Below are positions 18,626-29,118 of a stretch of 64,000 bases of DNA, one piece after another. The stretch comes from Candidatus Peribacteria bacterium. Its GTDB lineage: Bacteria > Patescibacteriota > Gracilibacteria > Peribacterales > Peribacteraceae. A program made the translations under genes and the position numbers. The notes under the pieces were generated by a model. It made no database searches and was not told the DNA's origin. It worked only from the letters and a program-made list of their open reading frames with translations. Position 1 is the stretch's first letter. Every line of letters begins with the position of its first letter. The DNA lies in contig CALRAD010000003.1 in the NCBI GenBank assembly GCA_943350395.1, forward strand, positions 20,747 through 84,746. Direction: 5' to 3'.

Positions 18626-19549
18626 ATGTTTGAAGCGATCGAATTCGGCCCCGTGATCATCTGGATGCGCATGGTGTTCCTGCTTCTCGCAGTGTGGATG
18701 TCCACTGAGTTTTTTCTTAGACTTGCAGGTTCCGCGAGTCTCAGCATTCAGAGCGTCAAAGACAATGCAAAGTGGCATCTGATTGCCTTTCTCGCGATGG
18801 GCAGACTTCTTGCCATTGTTGGAAACTATCAGTCGTATCTGAAGAATTTTCTTCGTATCTTCATCGTCTGGGATGGCGAATTCAGTTTCCTCGGCGGCGC
18901 AATCGGTATTGCCATGGTGCTCTTCTGGTCAACTAGAAATCAGCGTGCAACGTTCCTGCAGTGGCTCGACGTATTGCTCCCCGCCACCACATTCGGTCTC
19001 GCCTTCGACTGGATCGGCATGTTTCTCGCAGCTCAGTCGTACGGCAAGCCCACGAACGGGTCTTTTGGCATCGTGATGGATTCTTTCAACGTGCGATACT
19101 CCGTTCCGATTCATCCGGTACAGCTCTATTATGCGCTGTTCTATTTCGCGCTGACGTTCGGACTTCTTCTCATCCGCAAGCATAGCAAGCGTGCCGGAGC
19201 CGAGACGCTCCTCGGGATCATCGTCGCATCGCTCACCGTGTTTCTTCTCGAGTTTCTCCGTGGAGATTTCGGAATACCAGTCTTCGCAATGCTAACGGAT
19301 TTTATTTTTCTCGGCAGTCTCTTCGGCAGTCTTGGCGTGCTTGCGCTCATTGAGCAGCGTTTGAGTGAACGCAGCAACCTGATCTACGGTGCGTGCGTTG
19401 CGGTGCTGACGATTGCCTACGTTCTCAGCAGATCTTGGATTGATTTACCGCAGTATCAGCTTCGGTTTAGCCAAGTGCTTGCAATTCTCGCGCTTCTTTC
19501 GACGGTTGTGTATGTTGTTGTACACCGACGAAAGTACCCGCACCTGTGA
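18626..19549 (+). CDS. Prolipoprotein diacylglyceryl transferase (Lgt)-family protein, divergent
   Basis: WDGEFSFLGG, YGKPT, HPVQLY and EFLRGD are present, but several catalytic residues are substituted. Confidence 0.8.
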   Translation: MFEAIEFGPVIIWMRMVFLLLAVWMSTEFFLRLAGSASLSIQSVKDNAKWHLIAFLAMGRLLAIVGNYQSYLKNFLRIFIVWDGEFSFLGGAIGIAMVLFWSTRNQRATFLQWLDVLLPATTFGLAFDWIGMFLAAQSYGKPTNGSFGIVMDSFNVRYSVPIHPVQLYYALFYFALTFGLLLIRKHSKRAGAETLLGIIVASLTVFLLEFLRGDFGIPVFAMLTDFIFLGSLFGSLGVLALIEQRLSERSNLIYGACVAVLTIAYVLSRSWIDLPQYQLRFSQVLAILALLSTVVYVVVHRRKYPHL

Positions 19550-19550
19550 A

Positions 19551-19619
19551 AAAATCCAAAAAATAAAAACCAAAATCCAAGAAAAACTGCTGGAATTTGG
19601 TTTTTGGCTTTTGGAATTT
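19551..19619. repeat. Imperfect A/C-rich versus T/G-rich inverted repeat built from ~7-mers
   Basis: AAAATCCAAAAAATAAAAACCAAAATCCA ... TGGAATTTGGTTTTTGGCTTTTGGAATTT. Confidence 0.65.
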
Positions 19620-19663
19620 AATCAGATACACTTTCAGAAATTCCAATCTTCTTCTCGTTTTTC

Positions 19664-19990
19664 ATGAACTTCTTCCCTCCGTTTCTCGAAAGTTTCTCGA
19701 TCCTCTTTTCGTCGGATCCTTCCGTTCTTCTCGTACAATCGCTCTTGGTTTTTGTCGCCTGCGTCATTGTTTTTCTCGTACTATTCGCCACGCGTGACAT
19801 TCTCCTCCGATCGTCGTCGACCGCATATCAGATTTTTTGCATTTTTATCGTTGCTGCATTGCCTGTCGTCGGCTTTTTGCTCTATTTGCTCATTCGTCCC
19901 TCCACAACCATTTCTGAGAGGAGAATGGAGAAGAGGGTGTTGGAATTGACGGCGGCGCTTCATCGCAAACATCAGGAGAAGAAGAAATAA
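19664..19990 (+). CDS. Small membrane protein (PLDc_N-like)
   Basis: RDI...ALPVVGFLLYLLIRP pattern, 2 TM segments. Confidence 0.75.
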   Translation: MNFFPPFLESFSILFSSDPSVLLVQSLLVFVACVIVFLVLFATRDILLRSSSTAYQIFCIFIVAALPVVGFLLYLLIRPSTTISERRMEKRVLELTAALHRKHQEKKK

Positions 19991-20036
19991 TCGGATTGGA
20001 TTTGGCTTTTTTCTCTCTCTGCTTTATCCTCCGCGC

Positions 20037-20444
20037 ATGAAACAGTTCTTCTCGTATTGGTTGTGGCCGAATCCTGCAGGTTGGCATTATGAAGACAGCC
20101 GTGTCATGGCGCTTCTTGCCCTTTCCATTGGTTTGATTGTTCTCTGCTTCGTTATCGGTCGCGTTCGGCATCGCATGAAGAATCCGATTACGAGGAGCCT
20201 TACGGCCGGTTGGCCGACCGCTTCGTTGTGGTTCGGGATTGTTGCGCTTGTTCTTACAGTCAGCCGCGTGGAAACAATACAGTTTCTCTCGATGCGTTTG
20301 ATTTGGGCATTTTGGCTTCTGTCTCTCGGTCTCTACATTTTTTTCCAGATGTTGCAGTTTAGGCGTCGTCACTACACCGTTATTCAGCAATCGCAGGTCA
20401 TTGATGAACGGGAGAAGTATTTGCCGAAGAAGAGAGTTCGGTAG
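20037..20444 (+). CDS. Hypothetical membrane protein (3 TM)
   Basis: Hydrophobic segments, basic C-terminus EKYLPKKR, -10 box TATCCT 6 nt before the ATG. Confidence 0.75.
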   Translation: MKQFFSYWLWPNPAGWHYEDSRVMALLALSIGLIVLCFVIGRVRHRMKNPITRSLTAGWPTASLWFGIVALVLTVSRVETIQFLSMRLIWAFWLLSLGLYIFFQMLQFRRRHYTVIQQSQVIDEREKYLPKKRVR

Positions 20445-20506
20445 GAAAAGTATGTATGGAAGGTTCTATTGACATGCTTTGCTGACTCGGGGAGAATCCG
20501 CTCCCT

Positions 20507-21298
20507 GTGCCTCTGAAGCATTCCACAGAAACGGCGTATTTGGTTTTTTTGGGTCTCCTGATCTGTATCGCAGGGTTTATTGTTTCTTTGATTCCAGCAC
20601 TGCCCAGAGGTCTTCCGTACTGGATGTTTGGTTTCACGATTGCGTGCCTCTATCCGATTGTTCTCATGCCGACATTCCGGAGCAATCGTGCCGATTACGA
20701 ATTTCGTCTCTTCCATTGGTTTCCGGCCGGCATCTTTGTTTTGTGGATGCTCTTTCAGGTCATTGATCCGTACTGGGAGTGGTTTCATATCCTCAACCTT
20801 GGATTCTTCTCTTTTTGGTCTCTGCCGGTCGTCGCTCTCGGTTTAGGTCTTGGTGCTGCTTTCTCGATCCATGTTCTTCGTCGTCGCAACGTTCGTGTCA
20901 CATTGCTTACACTCCTTCTTGTTGCCTTCACCGTTGGTGCAGCATTGGCTGAGACGACGCACGGTGTGAATCAGCGTTTGCAGGCGAAGATTTTTACGGG
21001 AAATCCTGTCACCTCACTTCGTCCGGTCATGACACGCGTTCGCTCGCTTCTTGTAAACCTCAGATACCCTCAGAGTTCAGGTAGCACGATCATTGCGGTA
21101 GGGAGTTCATCATCCTCGGTGTCGTCACGCTCCGCTCGCTCTCAGATTTCAACATCATCCGTTGCATCGTCTGTCATTGCGGAACATACACCGAACGGAC
21201 TGCCAAAATCCGGTCCGGAAGCTCTTATGGTACTTTTTGCAACACTTGTCGCTCTCTATACGGGAACATTGCATGTGCGAGGCAAGAAACGAGCGTAG
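20507..21298 (+). CDS. Membrane protein with C-terminal LPxSG sorting-like signal
   Basis: About 5 N-terminal TM segments, Ser-rich linker, then LPKSGP, a TM helix and RGKKRA. GTG start. Confidence 0.75.
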   Translation: MPLKHSTETAYLVFLGLLICIAGFIVSLIPALPRGLPYWMFGFTIACLYPIVLMPTFRSNRADYEFRLFHWFPAGIFVLWMLFQVIDPYWEWFHILNLGFFSFWSLPVVALGLGLGAAFSIHVLRRRNVRVTLLTLLLVAFTVGAALAETTHGVNQRLQAKIFTGNPVTSLRPVMTRVRSLLVNLRYPQSSGSTIIAVGSSSSSVSSRSARSQISTSSVASSVIAEHTPNGLPKSGPEALMVLFATLVALYTGTLHVRGKKRA

Positions 21299-21307
21299 AG
21301 TACTGAC

Positions 21308-22078
21308 ATGAAAAAATTAACTCTTTCTGCAGTTGCACTGCTTGTATTTGTCGTTCTTGTCTTTCAGGGAGTTTCTTTTGTGCAAGAACGGTCTCTGAGG
21401 CAGAGGCTCATCGCGGAGCAACAGGTGATCGAAAAACCCGTCGTCGAGCGACCGGCATCTCGGTCGTCGTCCACCGCAACATCTGCGGCAGCATCTGTGA
21501 GTGATCTGCGTCGTGACGCAGTGAATTGGGATGTGCCTTTCACGTCGCAAGCACCCTTTGGTGTCTGGGATGAACTTCACGGCGAAGCGTGTGAAGAGGC
21601 GAGCGTTCTGATGGTCATGCGTTACTTTGCAGGCAAGAAGATTGCTTCACCCGATGATGCAGACAGCGCACTGCAGCATCTTGTCGCAGCGAACACGGCG
21701 CTGGGATTCGCGGTCGATGATACGGCAGCAGAAATCATTACGTTGCTTCGTTCGGAGGACCCGTCGCTTTCCGCTGTACTCCTTAAAAATCCTTCCATTG
21801 ACGATCTGAAGTCAGTGCTCTCGAAAGGATCGCTCGTCATTGTGCCTGCTGCCGGACAACAACTCGGGAATCCCTATTTCAGGCGTCCGGGACCGCGATA
21901 TCACATGCTCGTTCTTCGCGGATACACGAAAGACGGTTACGCAATCACGAATGACCCAGGTACAAAAAACGGTGAGCAGTACGCGTACAGATGGGAAGTT
22001 CTTCTGAATGCGATTCATGATTGGAATGGGGGAGAGGTGGAGAGTGGAGAGAAAGTGGTGATTGTCGTGAGCAGGTAA
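21308..22078 (+). CDS. Secreted C39-like cysteine peptidase (Peptidase_C39_2)
   Basis: Signal anchor; motifs [14 protein letters not shown] (Cys), YHMLV (His), ITNDPG (Asp). Confidence 0.85.
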   Translation: MKKLTLSAVALLVFVVLVFQGVSFVQERSLRQRLIAEQQVIEKPVVERPASRSSSTATSAAASVSDLRRDAVNWDVPFTSQAPFGVWDELHGEACEEASVLMVMRYFAGKKIASPDDADSALQHLVAANTALGFAVDDTAAEIITLLRSEDPSLSAVLLKNPSIDDLKSVLSKGSLVIVPAAGQQLGNPYFRRPGPRYHMLVLRGYTKDGYAITNDPGTKNGEQYAYRWEVLLNAIHDWNGGEVESGEKVVIVVSR

Positions 22079-22098
22079 ATCCCTGTACCATTCGCGCC

Positions 22099-23370
22099 AT
22101 GACAACCATCACCTCACTTCACGCACGCCAGATACTCGATTCGCGCGGAAGTCCCACACTCGAAGTCGAGTGCTTCCTCAGTGACGGGTCATTTGGACGC
22201 GCAGCCGTGCCGTCTGGGGCATCGACCGGATCACATGAGGCGCTTGAGCTTCGGGATGGTGACAAGAAAATGTATTTTGGTAAGTCGGTGTTGAAGGCGG
22301 TGAACAACGTGAACGATACGATTGCCAAAGAATTGTCCGGAAAGAGTTGTGGTGAACAGAGAGCCGTTGATCAGATCATGCTTACGCTCGACGGCACTCC
22401 CAATAAATCTTCACTCGGTGCGAATGCAATGCTCGGAGTATCGATGGCAGTTGCGCGTGCCAGAGCAGCGAGTGAGAAGCTTTCACTTTGGAGGTCCTTG
22501 GCTTCGCAGGCAGGCGTCACGACGATTACGACGTTGCCCGTTCCTTTCATGAATGTCATCAATGGAGGTGCGCATGCGGATTCCGGACTCAGTTTCCAAG
22601 AATGCATGATCGTCCCCACCGGATTCGATTCTTTTTCGCGAGCGCTGCAGGCAGGTGCCGAGATTTTTCACACTCTCAAGAGCATCCTCAAGGGATTGGG
22701 ACATGTGACAGCTGTCGGCGATGAAGGAGGATTTGCGCCGCATGTGAAGAGCAGCGATGAAGCGCTGACGATTCTGGTGCAGGCAATCGATAAGGCCGGA
22801 TATGCGGGGAAAGTGCAGCTTGCACTCGATTGTGCGGCATCGGAATTTTATAAAGACGGTGCCTATGCGGTTGACGGAAAAACGATGAACAGCACCGAGC
22901 TCGTCGATTTCTACGGAGAGCTTCTCAAGAAATATCCGATCGTTTCGATCGAGGACAGTCACAGCGAGGACGACTGGGAGGGTTTTGCACTGATGCAGCA
23001 GAAGTATGGAATGAAGACGCAGCTTGTCGGCGATGATCTGTTTGTGACGAATACCAAGCGCATCGAGCAGGGGATAGAGAAGCGTGCTGCGAATGCAGTG
23101 CTCATCAAGCTCAATCAAATAGGCACGGTGAGTGAAACTGTCGATGCAATCAAGATGACACAAGATGCCGGGTGGAATGCCGTTGTCAGTCATCGAAGCG
23201 GCGAGACCGAAGACACGTTTATCGCTGATCTTGCAGTTGGTCTTCAGACGGGTCAGATAAAAACAGGATCGCTCAGCAGGACAGATAGGATCTGCAAATA
23301 CAATCAGCTCCTCAGGATCGAGGAAGAACTCGGGTCGAAGGCTGTGTATCGGTCACCGTTTGCTATCTAG
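22099..23370 (+). CDS. eno: Enolase
   Basis: Motifs [36 protein letters not shown]. Confidence 0.98.
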   Translation: MTTITSLHARQILDSRGSPTLEVECFLSDGSFGRAAVPSGASTGSHEALELRDGDKKMYFGKSVLKAVNNVNDTIAKELSGKSCGEQRAVDQIMLTLDGTPNKSSLGANAMLGVSMAVARARAASEKLSLWRSLASQAGVTTITTLPVPFMNVINGGAHADSGLSFQECMIVPTGFDSFSRALQAGAEIFHTLKSILKGLGHVTAVGDEGGFAPHVKSSDEALTILVQAIDKAGYAGKVQLALDCAASEFYKDGAYAVDGKTMNSTELVDFYGELLKKYPIVSIEDSHSEDDWEGFALMQQKYGMKTQLVGDDLFVTNTKRIEQGIEKRAANAVLIKLNQIGTVSETVDAIKMTQDAGWNAVVSHRSGETEDTFIADLAVGLQTGQIKTGSLSRTDRICKYNQLLRIEEELGSKAVYRSPFAI

Positions 23371-23771
23371 ACGTTGAGAGTACTTTGCTCCGGCAACCTG
23401 ACCGTCTGGATGTCGGCGCCGTTTGGTCGTACGGATGGTCCCGTGTATCTCGTCACGTTTTCCCAGCGCTCATTCACGGATGTCGTGATCTCCTCGGTCT
23501 GCCCAAGCGTTGAGAAGAGATCTTCGTCGTTTTCCGATACCCCCGGTTTCGGATGCACGGTGAAATCACGAAGCTGATGGAGAAAATCTCCGGTCTCACC
23601 GAGTTTCTGCAAGCATGCATCCTTAAAGCGAAGACGTTCGCTTCGTACACTTCTTCCGATAACTCCGACTCGTTGCCTTTCCATAAAACCGCCAGCTTTT
23701 ATCGATTCCAACTCAGTCGACTGTTCTTCAAGACGAGAGCGGTGCAACTGATGATTGAGAGAGGTTTTCAT
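23367..23771 (-). CDS. Hypothetical protein (134 aa)
   Basis: Fills the gap between eno and tRNA-Pro. Minus-strand TTGACA-16-AATAAT-6nt-ATG. Confidence 0.55.
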   Translation of the reverse strand: MKTSLNHQLHRSRLEEQSTELESIKAGGFMERQRVGVIGRSVRSERLRFKDACLQKLGETGDFLHQLRDFTVHPKPGVSENDEDLFSTLGQTEEITTSVNERWENVTRYTGPSVRPNGADIQTVRLPEQSTLNV

Positions 23772-23805
23772 GAACTCATTATTACATATGTATAGAATAT
23801 GTCAA

Positions 23806-23881
23806 TGGTCGGGATGCAGGGACTCGAACCCTGGGTCTCCAGACCCCCAGCCTGGCGCTTTACCAACTAAGCTACATCCCG
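23806..23881 (-). tRNA. tRNA-Pro(GGG)
   Basis: Rev-comp CGGGATG...CCAGG-CTGGGGG-TCTGG...CATCCCG-ACCA. Confidence 0.95.
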
Positions 23882-23934
23882 AATTGCAGGAATCTTAGCG
23901 TTCATTGATTGATGCTCAAAGTTATTTCTTCTTC

Positions 23935-23998
23935 GGGGCAAGGGAACCTTGTTCGGTTCCCTATGCCCCCAAACCCCTTTACCCTCCTAACTGTACCG
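23935..23998. repeat. About 65-bp structured element, copy B
   Basis: GGGGCA-AGGGAACCTTGTTCGGTTCCCT-ATGCCCCCAAACCCCTTTACCCTCCTAACTGTACCG; matches copy A at 13185. Confidence 0.85.
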
Positions 23999-24136
23999 AG
24001 CTTCACTCGCATGATGTTCACTGGCATTTTTGCCTCGACTTGGCATATACTGACACCCTTTTTCCTATTACTTGACATAAGTTACTCTTGATATTCTTAT
24101 AATAATATGATACAATAATAAGAAACATTAGCAAAT

Positions 24137-25462
24137 ATGCCTCTCAGCCCCTCAGAACTACAGGCAGCAACCAAGGCAATCGGGAACGCGCAGCGTATCC
24201 TGATGGTCCCTCATGCAAATGTGGATGCCGATGGCCTCAGCAGCGCGCTTGCGTGTTACTCCGTTTTTACGCAGCTTGGGAAGGATTGCACGGTAATTTG
24301 CCCCGATACGCTGCCGGAGTCTCTGGATTTTCTGCCGAACTTCAAACATCTCACGCAGTCGATCAGCAGTGACCAGCAGTTTGTCATTACGCTCGACACA
24401 AGCGGCGGGATGGAACTCGACACGCTTCGCTATACGGTCGAAGAGAACAAAGTGAATATCATCGTGACGCCGAAGAAGGGGACGCTCAAGGAAAAGGACA
24501 TCAGTTTTCTGAGTACCGGATCGTCCTTCGATCTCCTTGTTGTGGTCGACAGTGCGGAACTCTCGCTCCTCGGTTCCTTCTACACTGACAATATCGATTT
24601 GTTTTCAACGACACCGATCCTGAATATCGATCATCACATCAGCAACACGCGCTTTGGACAGCTCACACTTATCGATCCGACCGCGGCAAGTGCTACTGAA
24701 GTGCTCTACTCATGGTTTATGACGGAGCCGAAATGGAAGGAGATGGTGACCGCGGATATTGCGACATTGCTCCTCACTGGTCTCATCACCGATACGCGAA
24801 GCTTCCAGAATCCGAATACCACGCCGAGGTCTCTCGAGGTTGCGGCGAATCTTCTCGATCTGGGCGCCAGACAACAGGAGATCATCCAGCATATTTATAA
24901 GACCAAGCCGCTCTCGACACTCAAGATCTGGGGTAGAGCGTTGAACCGGATTCAGATGGATCCGGATGCAAGAATCGTTTGGTCATCCGTGAGTAGGGAA
25001 GATCTTACGGAGATGGGTGCAACGTCGAAGGAAACGGCAGGACTTCTCGACGAATTAATCTCGACGATTCCGGATGCCGACGTGCACGTGCTCTTCACCG
25101 AAATCGAAGAGGGAGGGTTCAAGGCGAGTATGCGTTCATCAGTTACTGTGGATGTGAACCGTGCAGCGGGAAGACTGTTCGGCGGCGGCGGACATGCGCG
25201 CGCCGCTGGGTTCAAAGTGAAGCAATATGGAAATTTTCAATTGAAGGTCGTCGAATGCATTCAGCAATTGAAGACCGAGATGCAGTCGCAGAGACACGAG
25301 GCCGACAGCCCTGAGCGCGCTCTTCCCGTACCTATGCGCACCGGTGAGGCGCAGAAACAAGCCATAAAACCCGATGCAACGACGGGTGAAACTGCGAGTG
25401 TCGAGATGAAGAAAACAGAATCTGTTACGACGGATATCGTTTCAAAGCTCGCTAAGCCCTAA
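24137..25462 (+). CDS. DHH family phosphoesterase (NrnA-like nanoRNase/pAp phosphatase)
   Basis: Motifs HANVDADG, VVDS, NIDHH, GLITDT, GGGGHARAAG. Confidence 0.92.
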   Translation: MPLSPSELQAATKAIGNAQRILMVPHANVDADGLSSALACYSVFTQLGKDCTVICPDTLPESLDFLPNFKHLTQSISSDQQFVITLDTSGGMELDTLRYTVEENKVNIIVTPKKGTLKEKDISFLSTGSSFDLLVVVDSAELSLLGSFYTDNIDLFSTTPILNIDHHISNTRFGQLTLIDPTAASATEVLYSWFMTEPKWKEMVTADIATLLLTGLITDTRSFQNPNTTPRSLEVAANLLDLGARQQEIIQHIYKTKPLSTLKIWGRALNRIQMDPDARIVWSSVSREDLTEMGATSKETAGLLDELISTIPDADVHVLFTEIEEGGFKASMRSSVTVDVNRAAGRLFGGGGHARAAGFKVKQYGNFQLKVVECIQQLKTEMQSQRHEADSPERALPVPMRTGEAQKQAIKPDATTGETASVEMKKTESVTTDIVSKLAKP

Positions 25463-25500
25463 GGTTCTGTGCTAGGCTCAATCGGCTTTTTCATGTTGCT

Positions 25501-27747
25501 ATGCGACTCGTACAGGTTGCGAAAATCTTAGGCATAACAGGTCAGGAGCTTCGAAAGGAGCTGGAAACCGTTGATTTTGGCGTGAAACCCACGGATCGCG
25601 AGGTCTCTGACAATCTAGCGATGGGGGTAATACGCTTCGTCGCAAACAGGAGGAAGATCACGGTGGACTGGGATGCAGTCGAGGCGATGAGGTCCGGTAT
25701 CGGTGTCGATACGGACGACACAGAAAAGCCGACGACAGCGTTATCACCCGAAGTAACTGTGCCTGTTACGGAAGAGAAGAAAGCAGGAGTGAAACCCGAG
25801 AACTTAAATGTACTTCGAAAGCTCACACTCGAAGGAGTGTCCAAAGAAGCGATCGACCGCCAGAAAGTAGCGCTCGAGAAACAGAAACCGAAGATTCTCT
25901 CGAAGGAAGAAATGGAACAACGTAAAGTTGAGGGGAAGCTCTTGCAATCTCTCGAGAAGAAAGACAGATCGGTGCATCAGGAGCAGATCAAGAAAAAGAC
26001 AGGCATTGTCCTTATACCGTCTCAGATTTCCGTGAAAGAATTTGCGGAGAAGACGGGTATTCAGGTTCCGAAGATCGTCTCCACACTCATGAAGAACGGG
26101 GTGCTTGCGAGCATCAACCAGCAGATCGATTACGACACGGCTTCGGTGATCGCTCTCGAGCTCGGGGTTGAAGTGCAGAAAGATGCGGGAACCGTGTCCG
26201 TGGAGGCGCTCCTCAGCAACGACCTTGCAGAGCTTATCAAAGACGATGCGACGGTTCTGAGGCCTCGCGCTCCGATCGTGACCGTCATGGGTCATGTCGA
26301 CCACGGAAAGACTGCGATCCTCGATGCCATTCGCAGTACGAATGTCGTTTCCGGAGAAGCAGGTGGCATCACGCAGCACGTCGGTGCGTATCAGGTTGTG
26401 CATGACGGCAAATCGATTACGTTCATCGATACGCCCGGTCACGAAGCGTTCACTGCCATGCGCGCACGCGGTGCCCAGCTCACAGACATCGTGATTCTCG
26501 TCGTGTCTGCCGAAGAAGGCGTGAAGCCCACGACCATCGAAGCGATCAATCATACGAAGGATGCAGGCGTGCCGATCTTGGTCGCACTCAATAAAATCGA
26601 TCGTCCGAATGCCGATATCGAGCGCGTAAAAGGGGAGCTTGCTGCGCAGGGGTTACAGCCCGAAGATTGGGGAGGAGACATCGCGATGATTCCATGTTCG
26701 GCGCATACCAAGCAGGGGATTCCGGAGCTTCTCGAGCACGTGCTCCTGATGGCCGAGCTGGAGGAATTAAAAGCAAATCCCGATCGCAATGCCATCGCAA
26801 CGATCGTTGAGAGTCATCTCGACAAATCGAGAGGTCCGCAAGCAACGGTGATTGTGAATACGGGTACACTTCGGATCGGAGACATCATCGGATGCGGTGG
26901 CGCATCGGGCAAAGTAAAATCACTGACGGACGCACTCGGCGTGCGCATTGATACGGTCCTTCCCTCGGGTCCTGCCGTGATTTCCGGTTTTGACGAACTT
27001 CCGGAGCTCGGAGAAATTTTGCAGGTGTTTCAGACGGATCGCGAATTGAAGTCGTATCTTGAAGCGTATCAGCAATCCCAGGGACAAAAGCAGAAGCGCG
27101 GGTTTGCAGATCTCGTGAGCAGATTATCCGAAGGCAAGCTCTCGCAGCTCAAGATCATCCTCAAAGCCGATGCGCAGGGATCGCTGCAGTCGATCACTGA
27201 AGCGCTCACGAAGTTGACGACGGAGAAAGTGCAGCCGAAGGTCATCCATGCGGCGATCGGAGACATTTCCGAGAGCGACGTGATGATGGCGTCGGCCGGT
27301 GAGGCGGTGGTCATCGGGTTTAATGTTGAAGCGTCTTTGGCAGTCGGTCGTACGGCGGACAGAGAGGGTGTGAAGATCAAGCATTACGACATTATCTACA
27401 AGCTGCTCGAAGACGTTGAGCTGATTTTGAAAGGCCTGATTGAACCTGTCGAAGAAGAGAAGATTACGGGTCATCTCGAGATCAGGGGCGTGTTTCTCAC
27501 CAAAAAGTCCGAGCAAATTGTCGGTGGTAAGGTGATGGATGGCGTTATCAAGCGCACGCCGTTTAGGATTCTGCGTGCAGGAGAGCTTGTCGGTACCGGT
27601 CGCATCACCTCACTCAAGAATGTCGAGAAAGACATCAAGGAAGCCAAAGAAGGAGCCGAGTGCGGCATGCGCGTCACGGTCTCTATCGGGCTTGAGCTTG
27701 GGGACATGCTTGAGGGGTTCACCAAAGAGTTTACGAAGGTAGGGTAG
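25501..27747 (+). CDS. infB: Translation initiation factor IF-2
   Basis: Motifs [37 protein letters not shown]. Confidence 0.98.
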   Translation: MRLVQVAKILGITGQELRKELETVDFGVKPTDREVSDNLAMGVIRFVANRRKITVDWDAVEAMRSGIGVDTDDTEKPTTALSPEVTVPVTEEKKAGVKPENLNVLRKLTLEGVSKEAIDRQKVALEKQKPKILSKEEMEQRKVEGKLLQSLEKKDRSVHQEQIKKKTGIVLIPSQISVKEFAEKTGIQVPKIVSTLMKNGVLASINQQIDYDTASVIALELGVEVQKDAGTVSVEALLSNDLAELIKDDATVLRPRAPIVTVMGHVDHGKTAILDAIRSTNVVSGEAGGITQHVGAYQVVHDGKSITFIDTPGHEAFTAMRARGAQLTDIVILVVSAEEGVKPTTIEAINHTKDAGVPILVALNKIDRPNADIERVKGELAAQGLQPEDWGGDIAMIPCSAHTKQGIPELLEHVLLMAELEELKANPDRNAIATIVESHLDKSRGPQATVIVNTGTLRIGDIIGCGGASGKVKSLTDALGVRIDTVLPSGPAVISGFDELPELGEILQVFQTDRELKSYLEAYQQSQGQKQKRGFADLVSRLSEGKLSQLKIILKADAQGSLQSITEALTKLTTEKVQPKVIHAAIGDISESDVMMASAGEAVVIGFNVEASLAVGRTADREGVKIKHYDIIYKLLEDVELILKGLIEPVEEEKITGHLEIRGVFLTKKSEQIVGGKVMDGVIKRTPFRILRAGELVGTGRITSLKNVEKDIKEAKEGAECGMRVTVSIGLELGDMLEGFTKEFTKVG

Positions 27748-27752
27748 CACAG

Positions 27753-27877
27753 CCCTCACTCCGCCCCGCCGAGCGGGGCACCTCTCTCCAACATTTGGAG
27801 AGAGGAAGATTTGTTTTGAGGAAAGCTCGGGCTCCCCCTTCTCCGGCGGACGGAGAAGGGGCTAGGGGATGAGGACC
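27753..27877. repeat. Inverted pair of BoxC-like palindromes
   Basis: Left unit CCCTCAC...CCTCTCTCCAA-CAT-TTGGAGAGAGG; right unit CCCCTTCTCCG...CGGAGAAGGGG-CTAGGGGATGAGGACC. Lies between convergent genes. Confidence 0.8.
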
Positions 27878-27878
27878 G

Positions 27879-29090
27879 CTACCCCTTCGGCAGCTTCGCT
27901 ATGTCCGTTGCATTTGCGAGAAATTTCTTCGGTGCTTTCCATAGCTTCTCAAGTGCCCATCTCTTCTCATCCCGATTGAGCGTTTTGAACACCTTCGAGA
28001 GTTCTTTGTTTCCGTCTGTGATCAAACCGATATCCGCTTCCGTGGTCAGGTCTCTCCCCACAAGTATTTTCTTTGCTTCACGCACATTGTTTGCATTTAC
28101 ACTTTGCAGTTCTTCGATTGCCGCAGGAGTGAACTTTCTCACGAACTTCAGATCTTCCTGATTGAATTGGTCGAAAGCCGCAATGGCTTTCTTCGCTTCC
28201 GGATCCAGTGCGTTCGGGTGTGCCATGAGGTAGGCGAGTCCGGCATACGTCAGTGTCAGCTTATTGATCGGACTCTTGCTTAAGAGGCTATAGGCGACAC
28301 CGACCATGGCAAGTCCCCCGAAGCCGATCATGCCGAGTGCGCGAAGCGGTCGCGTGTCCATCGAGTTTCCTGCATTGTTCTTTCGCCATGCATGTCTCAT
28401 TGCTTCGACCGGATTCACTCGCTTCAGTTCCTGCAGTCCCTTCATGGTGTTTGTAATGGCTTGGAACAGCTGACCGTTTTTTGGGTTATTATTTGCCGGA
28501 TCTTTCACGAAATCTCTGAGCACTTTGCTGTTGCCGATCGATTGGATCCTTTGGATGTCTGTGTCCACCGCTTCCTGTTTGATGTCGGGAATCGAGCCGC
28601 GATTGTACCAATATCTGCTTTTTGCACTTCTGCCGAGAACATCAGCCGGGTTTTCGGCTAGACCAACGGCCATCAGAGAAAGGTCTTTGCCAATGCTTTG
28701 CAGATCTTTGTTGTCACTATCGAGCAGCGGCCCGAAGTTCTTGATGAGCGCTTCGTCGACGGTCATTTTTCCTCTGACTCCGACGACTGTTTTCATGACA
28801 TTCGGAAACATGTCCGCTCGGATGACGATTGCTTCTTTGTAGAGATCCCCGAGCTCTTCCATCAGTGCCTTCACTGCATCTGCTCCATCCTCGCGTTTCT
28901 GTGCTGCTTCCATGCGAGCAACGATGCCGCGTCCAAGCACACCCATTTTCTGGAACTTTGGGTTGCTTGCAAGCAGGCCTTCCATCTCGGTCCAGAGCTT
29001 CTTCGCTTGTACGACATCACTTGGCTTCTCCTGCTGCTTCGGCTGAGGGAGATTGACGCCGCCGCCTTTGAAGTTGATGCCGCCAACCAT
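27879..29090 (-). CDS. Hypothetical protein with a hydrophobic hairpin
   Basis: 403-aa Lys-rich helical ORF; central TM hairpin ALGMIGFGGLAMVGVAY...LTYAGLAYLMA. Confidence 0.8.
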   Translation of the reverse strand: MVGGINFKGGGVNLPQPKQQEKPSDVVQAKKLWTEMEGLLASNPKFQKMGVLGRGIVARMEAAQKREDGADAVKALMEELGDLYKEAIVIRADMFPNVMKTVVGVRGKMTVDEALIKNFGPLLDSDNKDLQSIGKDLSLMAVGLAENPADVLGRSAKSRYWYNRGSIPDIKQEAVDTDIQRIQSIGNSKVLRDFVKDPANNNPKNGQLFQAITNTMKGLQELKRVNPVEAMRHAWRKNNAGNSMDTRPLRALGMIGFGGLAMVGVAYSLLSKSPINKLTLTYAGLAYLMAHPNALDPEAKKAIAAFDQFNQEDLKFVRKFTPAAIEELQSVNANNVREAKKILVGRDLTTEADIGLITDGNKELSKVFKTLNRDEKRWALEKLWKAPKKFLANATDIAKLPKG

Positions 29091-29118
29091 AGTGTGGATT
29101 TAGGTTCGAGGATTTTAT

